From: an uncultured Acidobacteriaceae bacterium
Lineage (GTDB): Bacteria > Acidobacteriota > Terriglobia > Terriglobales > Acidobacteriaceae
NCBI GenBank assembly: GCA_963821215.1
Contig: CAWGDH010000019.1
Span: 130,858 to 194,857, forward strand
Length of the DNA: 64,000 nucleotides
Reading direction: 5' to 3'
Shown here in pieces: positions 9,558 to 18,958 of this stretch. The first letter of the stretch is position 1; the number at the start of each line of letters is the position of its first letter. A program made the position numbers and the translations under genes. The notes beneath the pieces were generated by a model, which made no database searches, was not told the origin of the DNA, and saw nothing but the letters and a program-made list of their open reading frames with translations.

Positions 9558-10214
9558 TTACGCTTTCGCTGTCGCGCGTGTTTTAGCAATCACGTCAAGA
9601 TACGCGCGAGCGGCGATGGTGATGACCTCCGGCTTGCCTTTCGCGATCGCCGCGACGTTGACCAGGTCCGCCCCCACGCCCAGCGCCGAGGCGCCGGCTT
9701 CCAGAAAGCTGGCGGCGGTCTCGAGCGTTACACCGCCCGTGGGCACCAAGCGCAAATAAGGAAACGGAGCTTTGAGCGATTTCAAATAGCTTGCCCCGCC
9801 CATCGCCGAGCAGGGAAATACCTTGACGAAATCGGCTCCTGCCCGCCACGCGGTGATCACTTCAGTGGGAGTCAATGCGCCGGGCAGCGAAACTTTGCCC
9901 CGCGCCTTAGACTCCTGAATCACGTCCATGTGGAGGCTTGGGCTCACCACAAATTCCGCACCGGCTTCGATGGTAGCGGCAGCCTCCGCACCATCCGTTA
10001 CGGTTCCCGACCCGAGCAGCAGCCGGTTGCCGTAGACACGCTTCAGCTCCTTCAATACATCGATCGCGCCGGGCACAGTCATGGTGACCTCTATGACCGT
10101 GATTCCCCCCGCAACCATCGCCTCAACTACAGCCATGGCTTCGCTCGCCGAGCGAGCCCGCAAAACAGGAATGATTCCTGCTTCCTCCAATTGCTGCTGC
10201 ACTTCCTTCGACAT
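9558..10214 (-). CDS. eda: 2-dehydro-3-deoxyphosphogluconate / 4-hydroxy-2-oxoglutarate aldolase
   Basis: 218 aa. GIIPVLRARSASEAMAVVEAMVAGGITVIEVTMTVPGA and FVKVFP..GG..YLK..KAPFP...LVPTGGV are characteristic of the Eda family. Confidence 0.85.
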   Translation of the reverse strand: MSKEVQQQLEEAGIIPVLRARSASEAMAVVEAMVAGGITVIEVTMTVPGAIDVLKELKRVYGNRLLLGSGTVTDGAEAAATIEAGAEFVVSPSLHMDVIQESKARGKVSLPGALTPTEVITAWRAGADFVKVFPCSAMGGASYLKSLKAPFPYLRLVPTGGVTLETAASFLEAGASALGVGADLVNVAAIAKGKPEVITIAARAYLDVIAKTRATAKA

Positions 10215-10244
10215 TCTCTTTTCCTTTGATCCCAGGGTCAGATG

Positions 10245-11345
10245 TTAACGGGCAATACGCGCGGAGCCACCCAGCATCACACGCTCCACTTCCGCGCGCG
10301 TAGCCATGCTGGTGTCTCCTGGGGTGGTCATGGCCAGCGCTCCGTGGGCCACTCCGCAGGCGACGGCCCATGCCGCGGGTTTTCCCATGAGCATTCCAAA
10401 CACCAGGCCAGAGGCGAATGAGTCTCCCCCTCCCACCCGGTCCAGGATGTCGATATCCCGCTGCGGCACGTACAAGATCTCACTCTTGTAAATCGCCATG
10501 GCTCCCCACGCATTGCGCGAAGCCGTTTGCGCGGTGCGCAGCGTAGTGGCCACCAGCTTCAGATTAGGGTACGAATCGGCGACTTCGCGCAGCATGGCCT
10601 CGTAGCTGGCGACCGGCAACTCATCGAAATCTTCTTTCACACCTTCCAGCTTGATCCCCAGCATGGCGGAAAAGTCTTCTTCATTGCCAAAGAGAACATC
10701 CAGCTTGCTCACCAGGGCTCGATTCACCTCTTGCGCCTTCGCCTTGCCTCCGATGGATTTCCAGAGAGAGTCGCGATAGTTCAGGTCAAACGAAGTAATC
10801 GTCCCATACCTGCGGGCTGTATCGATCGCCTCGACGGCAACCTCCGGGGTGGACGGCGAGAGCGCGGCGAAGATGCCTCCTGTATGCAGCCAGCGGGACC
10901 CATTGCGCGGCCCCAGGATAGCTTCCCAATCGAAGTCACCGCGCTTGGCCTGGGAGATAGCGGTGTTGCCCCGGTCGGAGCAGCCGACGGCTGCCCGTAC
11001 TCCATAACCGCGCTCAGTAAAGTTGAGGCCATTGCGCACCGTACGTCCAATGCCGTCGTAGGGAACCCAGCGAATCAGTGACGTATCGACCCCGCCCTGC
11101 AGGATGAAATCCTCCACCAGCCGGCCGATGGGGTTGTCGGCAAACGCGGTAGCGATGGCGGTGCGCAGGCCGAAGCAGCGGCGCAGTCCGCGGGCCACGT
11201 TGTATTCTCCCCCACCCTCCCAGGCTTGAAATTGCCGTGCGGTATGGATTCTGCCTTCGCCCGGATCGAGACGCAGCATGACCTCCCCTAAGCTCACACA
11301 GTCCCAACGGCTGGTCTCTGCGCCCTTGATTGATAACTCTTCCAT
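10245..11345 (-). CDS. PfkB-family sugar kinase (2-keto-3-deoxygluconate kinase-like)
   Basis: GEVMLRLDP near the N-terminus and DRVGGGDSFASGLVFG (the PfkB anion-hole motif) near the C-terminus. Adjacent to eda and an IclR regulator. Confidence 0.8.
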   Translation of the reverse strand: MEELSIKGAETSRWDCVSLGEVMLRLDPGEGRIHTARQFQAWEGGGEYNVARGLRRCFGLRTAIATAFADNPIGRLVEDFILQGGVDTSLIRWVPYDGIGRTVRNGLNFTERGYGVRAAVGCSDRGNTAISQAKRGDFDWEAILGPRNGSRWLHTGGIFAALSPSTPEVAVEAIDTARRYGTITSFDLNYRDSLWKSIGGKAKAQEVNRALVSKLDVLFGNEEDFSAMLGIKLEGVKEDFDELPVASYEAMLREVADSYPNLKLVATTLRTAQTASRNAWGAMAIYKSEILYVPQRDIDILDRVGGGDSFASGLVFGMLMGKPAAWAVACGVAHGALAMTTPGDTSMATRAEVERVMLGGSARIAR

Positions 11346-11381
11346 TGGCCTCTTTCCTTATTTGCGTCGATTCCGTTGCGC

Positions 11382-12182
11382 CTATCGCGCGAACGGTATG
11401 AATCCCAGATCGTGTTGAATTCCCTTCACACAAGTCATCAGCTTATCGGCGATGGACGGAATCTTTTGCATGGTCACGCGAAATGAGGGGCCGGAGATGC
11501 TAACCGCGGCGACGGCCTCGCCGCGCCCATCGAGGATAGCCATTCCGGCGCAACGCACGCCCTCTTCCCGCTCTTCGTCGTCGACAGCGTACCCGCGGCG
11601 GCTGGTTCGATCCAGTTCTTTGAGCAACGCTTCCCGGCTGGTCATGGTACGCCGGGTAAATCTTTCCAGTTGCACCGCCTGCAACATCTCCTCCACCCGC
11701 GGCCGCGACATAGTTGCCAGCATCGCCTTGCCCACAGCCGTGCAATGGATAGGGCTGCTGGCTCCCACGCGCGAGATCATGCGGATGGTGCGCTCCGGCT
11801 CCTGCTTGTCGATATACACCATGTGCGTCTTCTCCAGGATGCACAAGTGGGCGGTCTCCTCGACCTCGGCGACCAGGGTCTTCAGGTGGAGTTGGGCGCG
11901 GTCCCGCAGATCGTACTGCTCGATGGCGCGGCTGCCAAAGTCGCATAACCGCAAGCCGAGACGAAACTTCGCCGCGGGCGTGCGCTCCACGATACGGTGA
12001 CGCTCCAGCACCATGAGAAAGCGATGTGCGGTGCTCTTGTGCAGATCGAGGGCGGCGGCAATCTCGGCCAGCCCCATGGGAGCCGAGCTGGAGGAGAGTA
12101 GATCTAGCACCGCAAAGGCGCGATCGAGCGCCTGTAATTTGTAAACGCCGCTGCTTCCCTGTACCACATTGTGAGATGCCAT
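11382..12182 (-). CDS. IclR-family transcriptional regulator (KdgR-like)
   Basis: N-terminal wHTH (LDRAFAVLDLLSSSSAPMGLAEIAAALDLHKSTAHRFLMVLE) plus a C-terminal IclR effector domain. Confidence 0.85.
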   Translation of the reverse strand: MASHNVVQGSSGVYKLQALDRAFAVLDLLSSSSAPMGLAEIAAALDLHKSTAHRFLMVLERHRIVERTPAAKFRLGLRLCDFGSRAIEQYDLRDRAQLHLKTLVAEVEETAHLCILEKTHMVYIDKQEPERTIRMISRVGASSPIHCTAVGKAMLATMSRPRVEEMLQAVQLERFTRRTMTSREALLKELDRTSRRGYAVDDEEREEGVRCAGMAILDGRGEAVAAVSISGPSFRVTMQKIPSIADKLMTCVKGIQHDLGFIPFAR

Positions 12183-12212
12183 GCCGTTTATTGAAAAAGT
12201 GAATCAGCGGGC

Positions 12213-12241
12213 ATTCTGGCGTTCCGCTCCTGTTTTGTCAA
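12213..12241 (-). promoter_or_regulatory. Candidate sigma70-type promoter for the IclR gene (TTGACA-N17-CAGAAT on the minus strand)
   Basis: The reverse complement of 12236-12241 is TTGACA, and of 12213-12218 is CAGAAT, with a 17-nt spacer. It lies about 30 nt upstream of the ATG at 12182. Confidence 0.3.
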
Positions 12242-12293
12242 GGTGTCCGCGGGATCTGGAGCCGCCGGGCGCAGGATGGCTTCGAATCTCAGC

Positions 12294-12575
12294 TCAGCAG
12301 ATTTTGATCAGTCCTTCATCCGCCAATTGCGTCAGCAACTGGACGACATCACGCTCGATAACCCCGGGAGGAGCTTCGTAGCGACCGCTGAATTCCTCCA
12401 CCAGGTCCGATACCCGGACCGGGGATACCAGCTTGCTCCAGATTTCACTGCCAATTTCACCCAATCCGTAACAGCGACTGCGCTCCAGGCTCATCAGCAC
12501 GGTCTCACCGGCCACGTCCGCGGCCACGGGGTTGGGCATGTGACATACGATCGATGCCAGATTCAGCTCCGTCAT
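12294..12575 (-). CDS. PqqD-family protein (RiPP recognition element-like)
   Basis: The 93-aa version starting at MTELNLASIV has the PqqD pattern: VAADVAGETVLMSLERSRCYGLGEIGSEIWSKL...VSDLVEEFSGRYEAPPGVIERDVVQLLTQLADEGLI. Confidence 0.7.
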   Translation of the reverse strand: MTELNLASIVCHMPNPVAADVAGETVLMSLERSRCYGLGEIGSEIWSKLVSPVRVSDLVEEFSGRYEAPPGVIERDVVQLLTQLADEGLIKIC

Positions 12576-12645
12576 GCTTAGCAATATACCCGGGTTCCCA
12601 TGTTGACAATCTGCACCGCGGCGTGCCTCTGCTATTGTTTGAGGC

Positions 12646-14523
12646 ATGCCGGCCCCCCGCAGCGATTCCCCTGCCACTCCCCCCGGGCAGAGGACTCTCG
12701 CCGCGCTTTCCGCGGATCAGTTGGGCGCCTCCAAGCGCCCCATTCTGGAATATGCTTCCAGCCTGATCCGCATAGCGCGCTGGCAGCTGTTGGCTGCCGT
12801 GCTCATCATGACGTTTACCTCCCTGACAGAAGGCTTGGGCGTAGCTCTGCTCTTCCCCATCCTGCAGGTAGCCGGTTTCAACCTGGCCAACCAGGGGCAT
12901 GTTGGGCACTACACCGGCGAAGTTCGCGCCCTGCTGGTGCGAAGTGGACTGTCTCCGTCACTTTGGCTAGCCACCTTGCTGCTGATCTTCATGCTGCTCA
13001 TGGCGCTGCGGTCGCTGTTCAGCCGGGTGCAGTCGGTGCTCACCTTTCGCACCGTGCTCACCTATGAACTGGCCCTCGGCAGGCGCCTCTACCAGGCCAT
13101 CATCAACGCCGATTGGCCCTTCCTGGTCCGCCGCCGCTCCTCCGACTTTACCCATGCGCTTACCGCTGAGTTGGCCCGGGTGGCCACCTGCACCTACCTG
13201 CTCATCGGCACTATGTCCAACGCCATTCTCGCCCTGGTTTATATCGCCCTCGCGCTGAAACTCTCCGCAGGAATGACCTCCCTGGTGCTGGCCACCGGGG
13301 CAGTTCTGCTGCTGATCTCGCGCCGCTGGATGCGCGCTGTCCACGCCAGCGGGACCGCCGTTTCCGAGAGCGTGAGCGAAGTCTACGCGTCGGCAACGGA
13401 ACACCTGCAGAATCTCAAAGCGATGAAGTTCTACGACGCGCAGAGCAGCGACCTGGCGATGTTTTCTTCGCTCCAGTCCGCGGCCCTGCAACAAAGCCTG
13501 GAGAACACCAGGAGCCAGGCAGCTGCGGCCTTCTGGTTCGAAGCCGGGTCTCTCCTGGTACTGGGTGGGATCATCTTCGCTTCGCTGCAGATTCTCAACG
13601 TAGCCCCAGCCTCCATACTTCTGTTGCTGGCGGTCTTTACCCGCCTTATCCCTCGCCTTGCTGCAGGCCAAAATCAGTTGCAGGCCTTCCTCAGCGAGCT
13701 TCCCGCCTTCGAAAACGTAATGACCATCTACCGTGAATGCGTGGCCAATGCCGAAGTTCCTGGCGCTGCCGGCCTGGGGCCCTCCCTGGCCCACGAAATC
13801 CGCCTGGAGCGGGTGGGATTCCGCTACGACGCGCAACGGCCCATGGTGCTCAAGGATCTATCGCTGACCATTGCGGCGGGAAAAATCACCGCCATCGTTG
13901 GCTCGTCGGGTGCGGGGAAAAGCACCGTCGCCGACCTGGTCAACGGCCTGCTTTCCCCCCTTACTGGGAGGGTTCTGGTGGACGGCGTCGAACTCACGGC
14001 GCAGACCGCCCGCGCCTGGCGCCGGCACGTTGGCTACGTCGCCCAAGACACCGTGCTCTTTCACGATACCGTGCGGGCCAACCTGCGCTGGGCCAAGCCG
14101 GAAGCCTCGGAAGAGGAGATGAGAGAGAGTCTCAGCCTGGCCGCCGCCGAGTTCGTGTTTGCATTACCGCAGGGGTTGGATACGACTGTGGGCGACCGCG
14201 GAATGCTTCTGTCCTATGGGCAGCGGCAGCGCATCGCGCTGGCTCGCGCCTTGCTGCGCAAACCCGGGCTGCTCATTCTTGACGAGGCGACCAGCAGTCT
14301 CGATCTCGACAACGAGAAGCGAATCCTGGATGCGATCGAACATCTGCAAGGCCGCACCACGATTCTGTTGATCGCCCACCGGGTTTCCGCCATCCAGCGG
14401 GCAGAAATGATTTACGTCCTAGACAACGGAAGCGTAGCCGAATGGGGCGACTGGCGCAGCCTCAGCAACAGGCCATCCCATCGCGTCGGCTCGCTCTTCC
14501 GCCTTCAGGATGTGCTGGCCTGA
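12646..14523 (+). CDS. ABC exporter, fused permease/ATPase (type I exporter, MsbA/McjD-like architecture)
   Basis: Six predicted TM helices followed by an NBD. The NBD has Walker A GSSGAGKST, signature LSYGQRQR and Walker B LLILDEATSSLD. Confidence 0.85.
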   Translation: MPAPRSDSPATPPGQRTLAALSADQLGASKRPILEYASSLIRIARWQLLAAVLIMTFTSLTEGLGVALLFPILQVAGFNLANQGHVGHYTGEVRALLVRSGLSPSLWLATLLLIFMLLMALRSLFSRVQSVLTFRTVLTYELALGRRLYQAIINADWPFLVRRRSSDFTHALTAELARVATCTYLLIGTMSNAILALVYIALALKLSAGMTSLVLATGAVLLLISRRWMRAVHASGTAVSESVSEVYASATEHLQNLKAMKFYDAQSSDLAMFSSLQSAALQQSLENTRSQAAAAFWFEAGSLLVLGGIIFASLQILNVAPASILLLLAVFTRLIPRLAAGQNQLQAFLSELPAFENVMTIYRECVANAEVPGAAGLGPSLAHEIRLERVGFRYDAQRPMVLKDLSLTIAAGKITAIVGSSGAGKSTVADLVNGLLSPLTGRVLVDGVELTAQTARAWRRHVGYVAQDTVLFHDTVRANLRWAKPEASEEEMRESLSLAAAEFVFALPQGLDTTVGDRGMLLSYGQRQRIALARALLRKPGLLILDEATSSLDLDNEKRILDAIEHLQGRTTILLIAHRVSAIQRAEMIYVLDNGSVAEWGDWRSLSNRPSHRVGSLFRLQDVLA

Positions 14524-14550
14524 GCGACCCCCTACTCCTGGGCAAGACCC

Positions 14551-15915
14551 CTACTTTGGAGCGATCCAACCGCCAAACGGCGCGATGAGCTTGTCTGCTC
14601 CCTCGGGTCCCCACCCGCCAGGCTGATATTGGGTCACCTTCGAGTCGTCCAGTATCGGGTCCACGATGCGCCATGCCTCCTCGACGTAATCCTCGCGCGC
14701 AAACCAGGTCTGGTTCCCAGCCATGGCGTCGCCCAACAGCTCCTCGTAGGGCAGCATATTGTCTTCCCCGCATTCCTGGTCGGCAATTAGCTCGATCGGG
14801 CATCCCTGCAATTGGTCTCCCGCGGATTTGATTGAGGCTCCAATCGCGATCACCGGATCACCACTGATACGGAAGCGCACGTAATTGGCCGGCGGAGGCT
14901 CCGTGGAGAAGATCGCACACGGCGGGCGCAATTTAGCCACCACCTCGGTCTCCGTCTTGGGCATACACTTGCCCGCCCGGACGAAGAAGGGCACCCCTCT
15001 CCAGCGCCAGGAGTTGATGGACAGCCGCAGGGCCACATAGGTCTCGGTCTTTGAGTCCTTTTTGACTCCCGGCGTGTCGAGGTACCCGGTGTATTGCCCG
15101 CGAACCACATCCTCCGCGGTCAACGGCTGGATGCTCTTGAGCACCTTGACCCGTTCGTCGCGCAAGCTCTCGATGCTCAGCGTCGGCGGAGGCTCCATGG
15201 CAATGTTCGAGAGTATCTGCAGCAAATGGTTTTGCACCACATCGCGCACCGTCCCCACGGCGTCGTAAAAGCTTCCTCTATCCAGCACATCGAATTGCTC
15301 CGCCATCGTGATCTGCACGCTTTCCACGTAGAGGTTGTTCCAGATCGGCTCCAGAAAGGAGTTGGCAAAGCGAAAGAAGATCACGTTCTGCACCGTGTTC
15401 TTGCCCAGGTAGTGATCGATACGAAAAACATCTTCTTCGGGAAACACTTCGTGAACCGTCTTGTTGAGCGCGACCGCAGAAGGCAAGTCATTGCCAAACG
15501 GCTTTTCAATGACCACCCGCGCGCCCTGCGCCGAACCGGACGCCTTCAATTGTTTGAGAACCTCGCCGAAGAGGACGGGGGGAATGGCCAAATAGTGAAT
15601 GGGATGTTTTGCGTCGCCTAGTTGTTTGCGGACATTGGCAAAGGTCTCTGCATCTTTGTAATCCCCGTCCACGTAGCGCAGCTTGTCCAGCAGGATGGGA
15701 AAGCCGGCGGGATCAAGTCCCCCATGCTTTTCCACGCTGTCCTGGGCTCGCTGCTTCAACTGTTCAAGGTTCCAGCCCGCCTTGGCAACACCGATCACGG
15801 GGCCAGTCAGCTTCCCGCGCTTTGCCAGTTTTTGCAGGGATGGAAATATTTGTTTATAAGCAAGGTCGCCGGTGGCGCCAAAAAAAACTACAGCGTCGGA
15901 GTACGGTTGATCCAT
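14551..15915 (-). CDS. zwf: Glucose-6-phosphate 1-dehydrogenase
   Basis: [18 protein letters not shown] (NADP-binding site) and FRIDHYLGK (the active-site signature). Confidence 0.9.
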   Translation of the reverse strand: MDQPYSDAVVFFGATGDLAYKQIFPSLQKLAKRGKLTGPVIGVAKAGWNLEQLKQRAQDSVEKHGGLDPAGFPILLDKLRYVDGDYKDAETFANVRKQLGDAKHPIHYLAIPPVLFGEVLKQLKASGSAQGARVVIEKPFGNDLPSAVALNKTVHEVFPEEDVFRIDHYLGKNTVQNVIFFRFANSFLEPIWNNLYVESVQITMAEQFDVLDRGSFYDAVGTVRDVVQNHLLQILSNIAMEPPPTLSIESLRDERVKVLKSIQPLTAEDVVRGQYTGYLDTPGVKKDSKTETYVALRLSINSWRWRGVPFFVRAGKCMPKTETEVVAKLRPPCAIFSTEPPPANYVRFRISGDPVIAIGASIKSAGDQLQGCPIELIADQECGEDNMLPYEELLGDAMAGNQTWFAREDYVEEAWRIVDPILDDSKVTQYQPGGWGPEGADKLIAPFGGWIAPK

Positions 15916-16261
15916 TCGACTACTCTAATGCCTTCCGCCAGTCCAACGCACCCCTCAAAGGGGGCGGCGCAGAACCCTTCTGCTCTAAGGATCCACGGCG
16001 ACGCAAAAACCTCGATTGGACTTTGTCCCCGCAAAAGTGGTTACGAAGTTGTTACTACTGGGTGCGCCCACACACGCGCAAAAGCCTGTATGGTTTGCCC
16101 AAACGGTGGTTTTCTGCAGAATGTTGATCTGGTTCCTCGGGGGAGGCTCCAGATGACGTTCTGGGAAAACCGCCGTTTGCCTTATTGGCCGCCGACGCGA
16201 CCAGTCCGTCGGCGGCGCGGCATTCACCTGGAGAATACCGCGCCACCCTTTCGGCAAATTG

Positions 16262-16408
16262 TCAGATGACTCGCAAGAGCAACAGAATGATCACGATTAG
16301 GATGATCAGGCTGATGCCGCCGCCGCCGTAATAGCCGATCCCGGGCCCCAGGCGATAACCACCGAATCCGAAAAGTAACAGCAAAATGATGAGAATGATC
16401 AGCAGCAT
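16262..16408 (-). CDS. 48-aa DUF3309-like small membrane protein (below the ORF-track cutoff)
   Basis: Hand translation: MLLIILIILLLLFGFGGYRLGPGIGYYGGGGISLIILIVIILLLLRVI. That is two TM helices around a Gly/Tyr loop. A GGAG Shine-Dalgarno sits 5-6 nt upstream of the ATG. Confidence 0.55.
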   Translation of the reverse strand: MLLIILIILLLLFGFGGYRLGPGIGYYGGGGISLIILIVIILLLLRVI

Positions 16409-16676
16409 ACTTTCTCCTTCGCGGCGAGGGATCCGCGTTCCACCTCGTAATAACCGCGTTGCGTGAAAGGCCTATTGCACGCGGGACTCCCAATCACCGT
16501 TTGCAATACAGCCCGATTTTGCAGCACCAAAACACTTAAAGAAGATTCAATCTTCTCCTTTTTGGATGTATGGGAGCCCCTCGGCTTGTGCCTTAAACGT
16601 GAGGCGATACTAAAATACCAGCTGACATACTGCGGGCTGCAGACGCAGTCGGCGATAAGGAAGGCGGACGACTGCG

Positions 16677-17684
16677 TTGAAAGCGCTCCTAAGTACAGGA
16701 TTTCTCTTGGTTTTATGCGCTCTATCTGCGGTGGCGGAAAACCCCTCGCCCGGGTGCTCCTCCCTACAGCAGGCTAACTATCCGAAAGCTTCTATCTCCA
16801 ACGGGCTGGTGCAAGCCGTACTTTACCTGCCGGACGCAAAGAATGGCTACTACCGCGCTTCGCGCTTCGATTGGTCCGGGGTTATCCCCTGCCTAGCCTA
16901 TAAAGGTCACACTTACTTTGGCATCTGGTTTCCCCATTACGACCCGCTGCTGGCCGACGCTATTGCCGGCCCGGTCGAAGAATTCAGATCGAGCGACGGC
17001 GCTCTGGACTACGACCAGGCAAAACCCGGCGAGCCGTTCGTGAAGATCGGGGTTGGCGTGCTGCGTAAGTTGGACAATTCCGCCTACCAATTCATGTACA
17101 CCTATCCGCTGATCGACGGTGGCAAGTGGACGGTCCGCGCCCGGCCCAGTGAGGTATCTTTCCGGCAACAGCTCCAATCGCCCATTGGCATCGCGTATGA
17201 CTATGAGAAGACCGTCAGGCTCGACCCCAAGGAGCCCGTTCTCATCCTGCAGCACAGCCTGAAAAACACCGGCGCCAAGACCATCGACACGGAAGTGTAC
17301 GACCACGACTTCTTCATGCTGGATGGCGCTCCGAGCGGGCCGGGAATGGTCGTTCGCTTTCCCTTTGCGCCCCAGGCGGAGAAATCGATGGAGCCGCTGG
17401 CTGGGATCGACGGTAAGGAAATCGTCTATCACCGGGAGTTGCAAGAGGGGCAGTACGTGGAAAGCTATCTGACTGGCTATTCCAGCAGCCCTTCGGATTA
17501 CGACATTACCGTCGAGAACCAAAAAACCGGCGTCGGAGTCGAGCAAACTGGGGATGTACCTATGTCGCGGTTCAATTTTTGGTCCCCTCGCACCACCATT
17601 TGCCCCGAGGCCTATATTCACCTGGTGATCGCTCCGGGACAAACGGCGCATTGGAACATCCGCTATCGTTTTTATGCCAAGTAG
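16677..17684 (+). CDS. Secreted hypothetical protein
   Basis: TTG start, signal peptide KALLSTGFLLVLCALSAVA, balanced composition. No motif I can name. Confidence 0.5.
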   Translation: MKALLSTGFLLVLCALSAVAENPSPGCSSLQQANYPKASISNGLVQAVLYLPDAKNGYYRASRFDWSGVIPCLAYKGHTYFGIWFPHYDPLLADAIAGPVEEFRSSDGALDYDQAKPGEPFVKIGVGVLRKLDNSAYQFMYTYPLIDGGKWTVRARPSEVSFRQQLQSPIGIAYDYEKTVRLDPKEPVLILQHSLKNTGAKTIDTEVYDHDFFMLDGAPSGPGMVVRFPFAPQAEKSMEPLAGIDGKEIVYHRELQEGQYVESYLTGYSSSPSDYDITVENQKTGVGVEQTGDVPMSRFNFWSPRTTICPEAYIHLVIAPGQTAHWNIRYRFYAK

Positions 17685-17720
17685 CCGCGGAGACGTGGAG
17701 AACATGAGTCCAGGGAGGAG

Positions 17721-18500
17721 ATGCAATTGAGCACGGATCTCGCAGGAAAAGGCGGTGGACAGGGCAAGGTAGCGATCATAACCGGGGCGGGCAGCGGCAT
17801 CGGCCGCGCGGTCGCACTGGAGATGGCTGCGGCCGGATTTTCGCTAGCGTTGGCTGGGCGGCGCCTGGCGGAACTGGAAAAAACAGCAGCCATGGCAGGC
17901 GGCGACAATATGCACGTCGTATCCACGGACGTGCGCCAACCCGATTCCGTCCGTGCCTTGTTCGCCAGCACCCGGGAGAGATTCGGCCGGTTAGATGTTC
18001 TCTTCAACAATGCGGGTGTGAACACGGCAACTCCGTTCGAGGAGTTGAGCTACGAGCAATGGTGCGAAGTGGTGAACGTGAATCTTACTGGCTCCTTCCT
18101 CTGCGCCCAGGAAGCCTTCCGCGTGATGAAGGCCCAGCAGCCGCGAGGAGGGCGCATTATCAACAACGGTTCGCTTTCGGCCTATGTGCCGCGGCCGAAC
18201 TCAGCTCCCTACACGGCTACCAAACATGCCATCAGCGGGCTCACCCGGTCCATCTCCCTCGACGGCCGGGCGTACAACATTGCCTGCGGTCAAATTGACA
18301 TCGGCAATGCAGGCACGGAAATGAGCGGTAAACCAGGCACTCCCTCTCTACAGGCGAACGGAGAGATGATGGCAGAACCAAGAATGGATGCAAAGCGCAT
18401 TGGGGAAGCTGTTGTGTACATGGCGAGCCTGCCCTTGGACGCGAATGTTCAGTTCATGACCGTAATGGCGACGAATATGCCATACATCGGGCGGGGTTAA
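17721..18500 (+). CDS. Short-chain dehydrogenase/reductase (SDR)
   Basis: [10 protein letters not shown] cofactor motif, NNAG, and the Y-x3-K motif (YTATKHA). Confidence 0.85.
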   Translation: MQLSTDLAGKGGGQGKVAIITGAGSGIGRAVALEMAAAGFSLALAGRRLAELEKTAAMAGGDNMHVVSTDVRQPDSVRALFASTRERFGRLDVLFNNAGVNTATPFEELSYEQWCEVVNVNLTGSFLCAQEAFRVMKAQQPRGGRIINNGSLSAYVPRPNSAPYTATKHAISGLTRSISLDGRAYNIACGQIDIGNAGTEMSGKPGTPSLQANGEMMAEPRMDAKRIGEAVVYMASLPLDANVQFMTVMATNMPYIGRG

Positions 18501-18569
18501 CGGGCCGCTGTGGCGCTAACTTTTGCAGGCTGCCGCCCGTGCATGAGAGGGCAAAAGAGTTTGCCGTGC

Positions 18570-18860
18570 GAAGCGGAAGAGAAACCGCAGGTCCCTCCAC
18601 TGCGCTACGCTCCGGTCGGGATGACAATTCTGTGGGACCACAAATATCCATTCGTTTGACCGTCATTGGGGGCCATTTCCACGCAACAGAATTGTCATCC
18701 CGACCGGAGCGTACCCGGATTTCCTGTTACGCCGCACTCACCAACGCCCGCGTGTGCGGCTTTCTGTAAGGAAAGCCGCATGAAGTTCGCCAACGCCACC
18801 GAGCTCGACAGGAAATCCGGGGTAGCGCAGTGGAGGGACCTGCTGTTTCTCTTCCGCTTC
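18570..18860. repeat. Nested-inverted-repeat element, copy 1 (about 290 bp, MITE/REP-like)
   Basis: The outer 39-bp IR is GAAGCGGAAGAGAAACCGCAGGTCCCTCCACTGCGCTAC, with its complement at 18822-18860. Inside are three further IR pairs: GTCGGGATGACAATTC/GAATTGTCATCCCGAC, CCGGATTTCCTGT/ACAGGAAATCCGG and GCGGCTTTC/GAAAGCCGC. Confidence 0.85.
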
Positions 18861-18958
18861 TCACGGCTCATGTACGGGCTGAAGCCCGTACCCTTCACGG
18901 CCGAGCAGTCCCGCAACCTGTTTATGCCCTGGGAAACCGTAATGTGGAGAGGAAAGCG

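Noticed and set aside
12603-12638. TTGACA…TATTGT promoter for the ABC exporter
   Set aside because: The spacer between the two hexamers is 24 nt, too long for a sigma70-type promoter.
12967-13836. 289-aa antisense ORF within the ABC exporter gene
   Set aside because: The sense strand has the complete TMD and Walker A / signature / Walker B motifs. The antisense product is Gln/Gly/Arg-rich and featureless.
12183-14523. Complete lasso-peptide biosynthetic cluster
   Set aside because: Only the PqqD/RRE-like gene and an ABC exporter are present. There is no Asn-synthetase-like cyclase, no transglutaminase-fold peptidase and no plausible precursor ORF.
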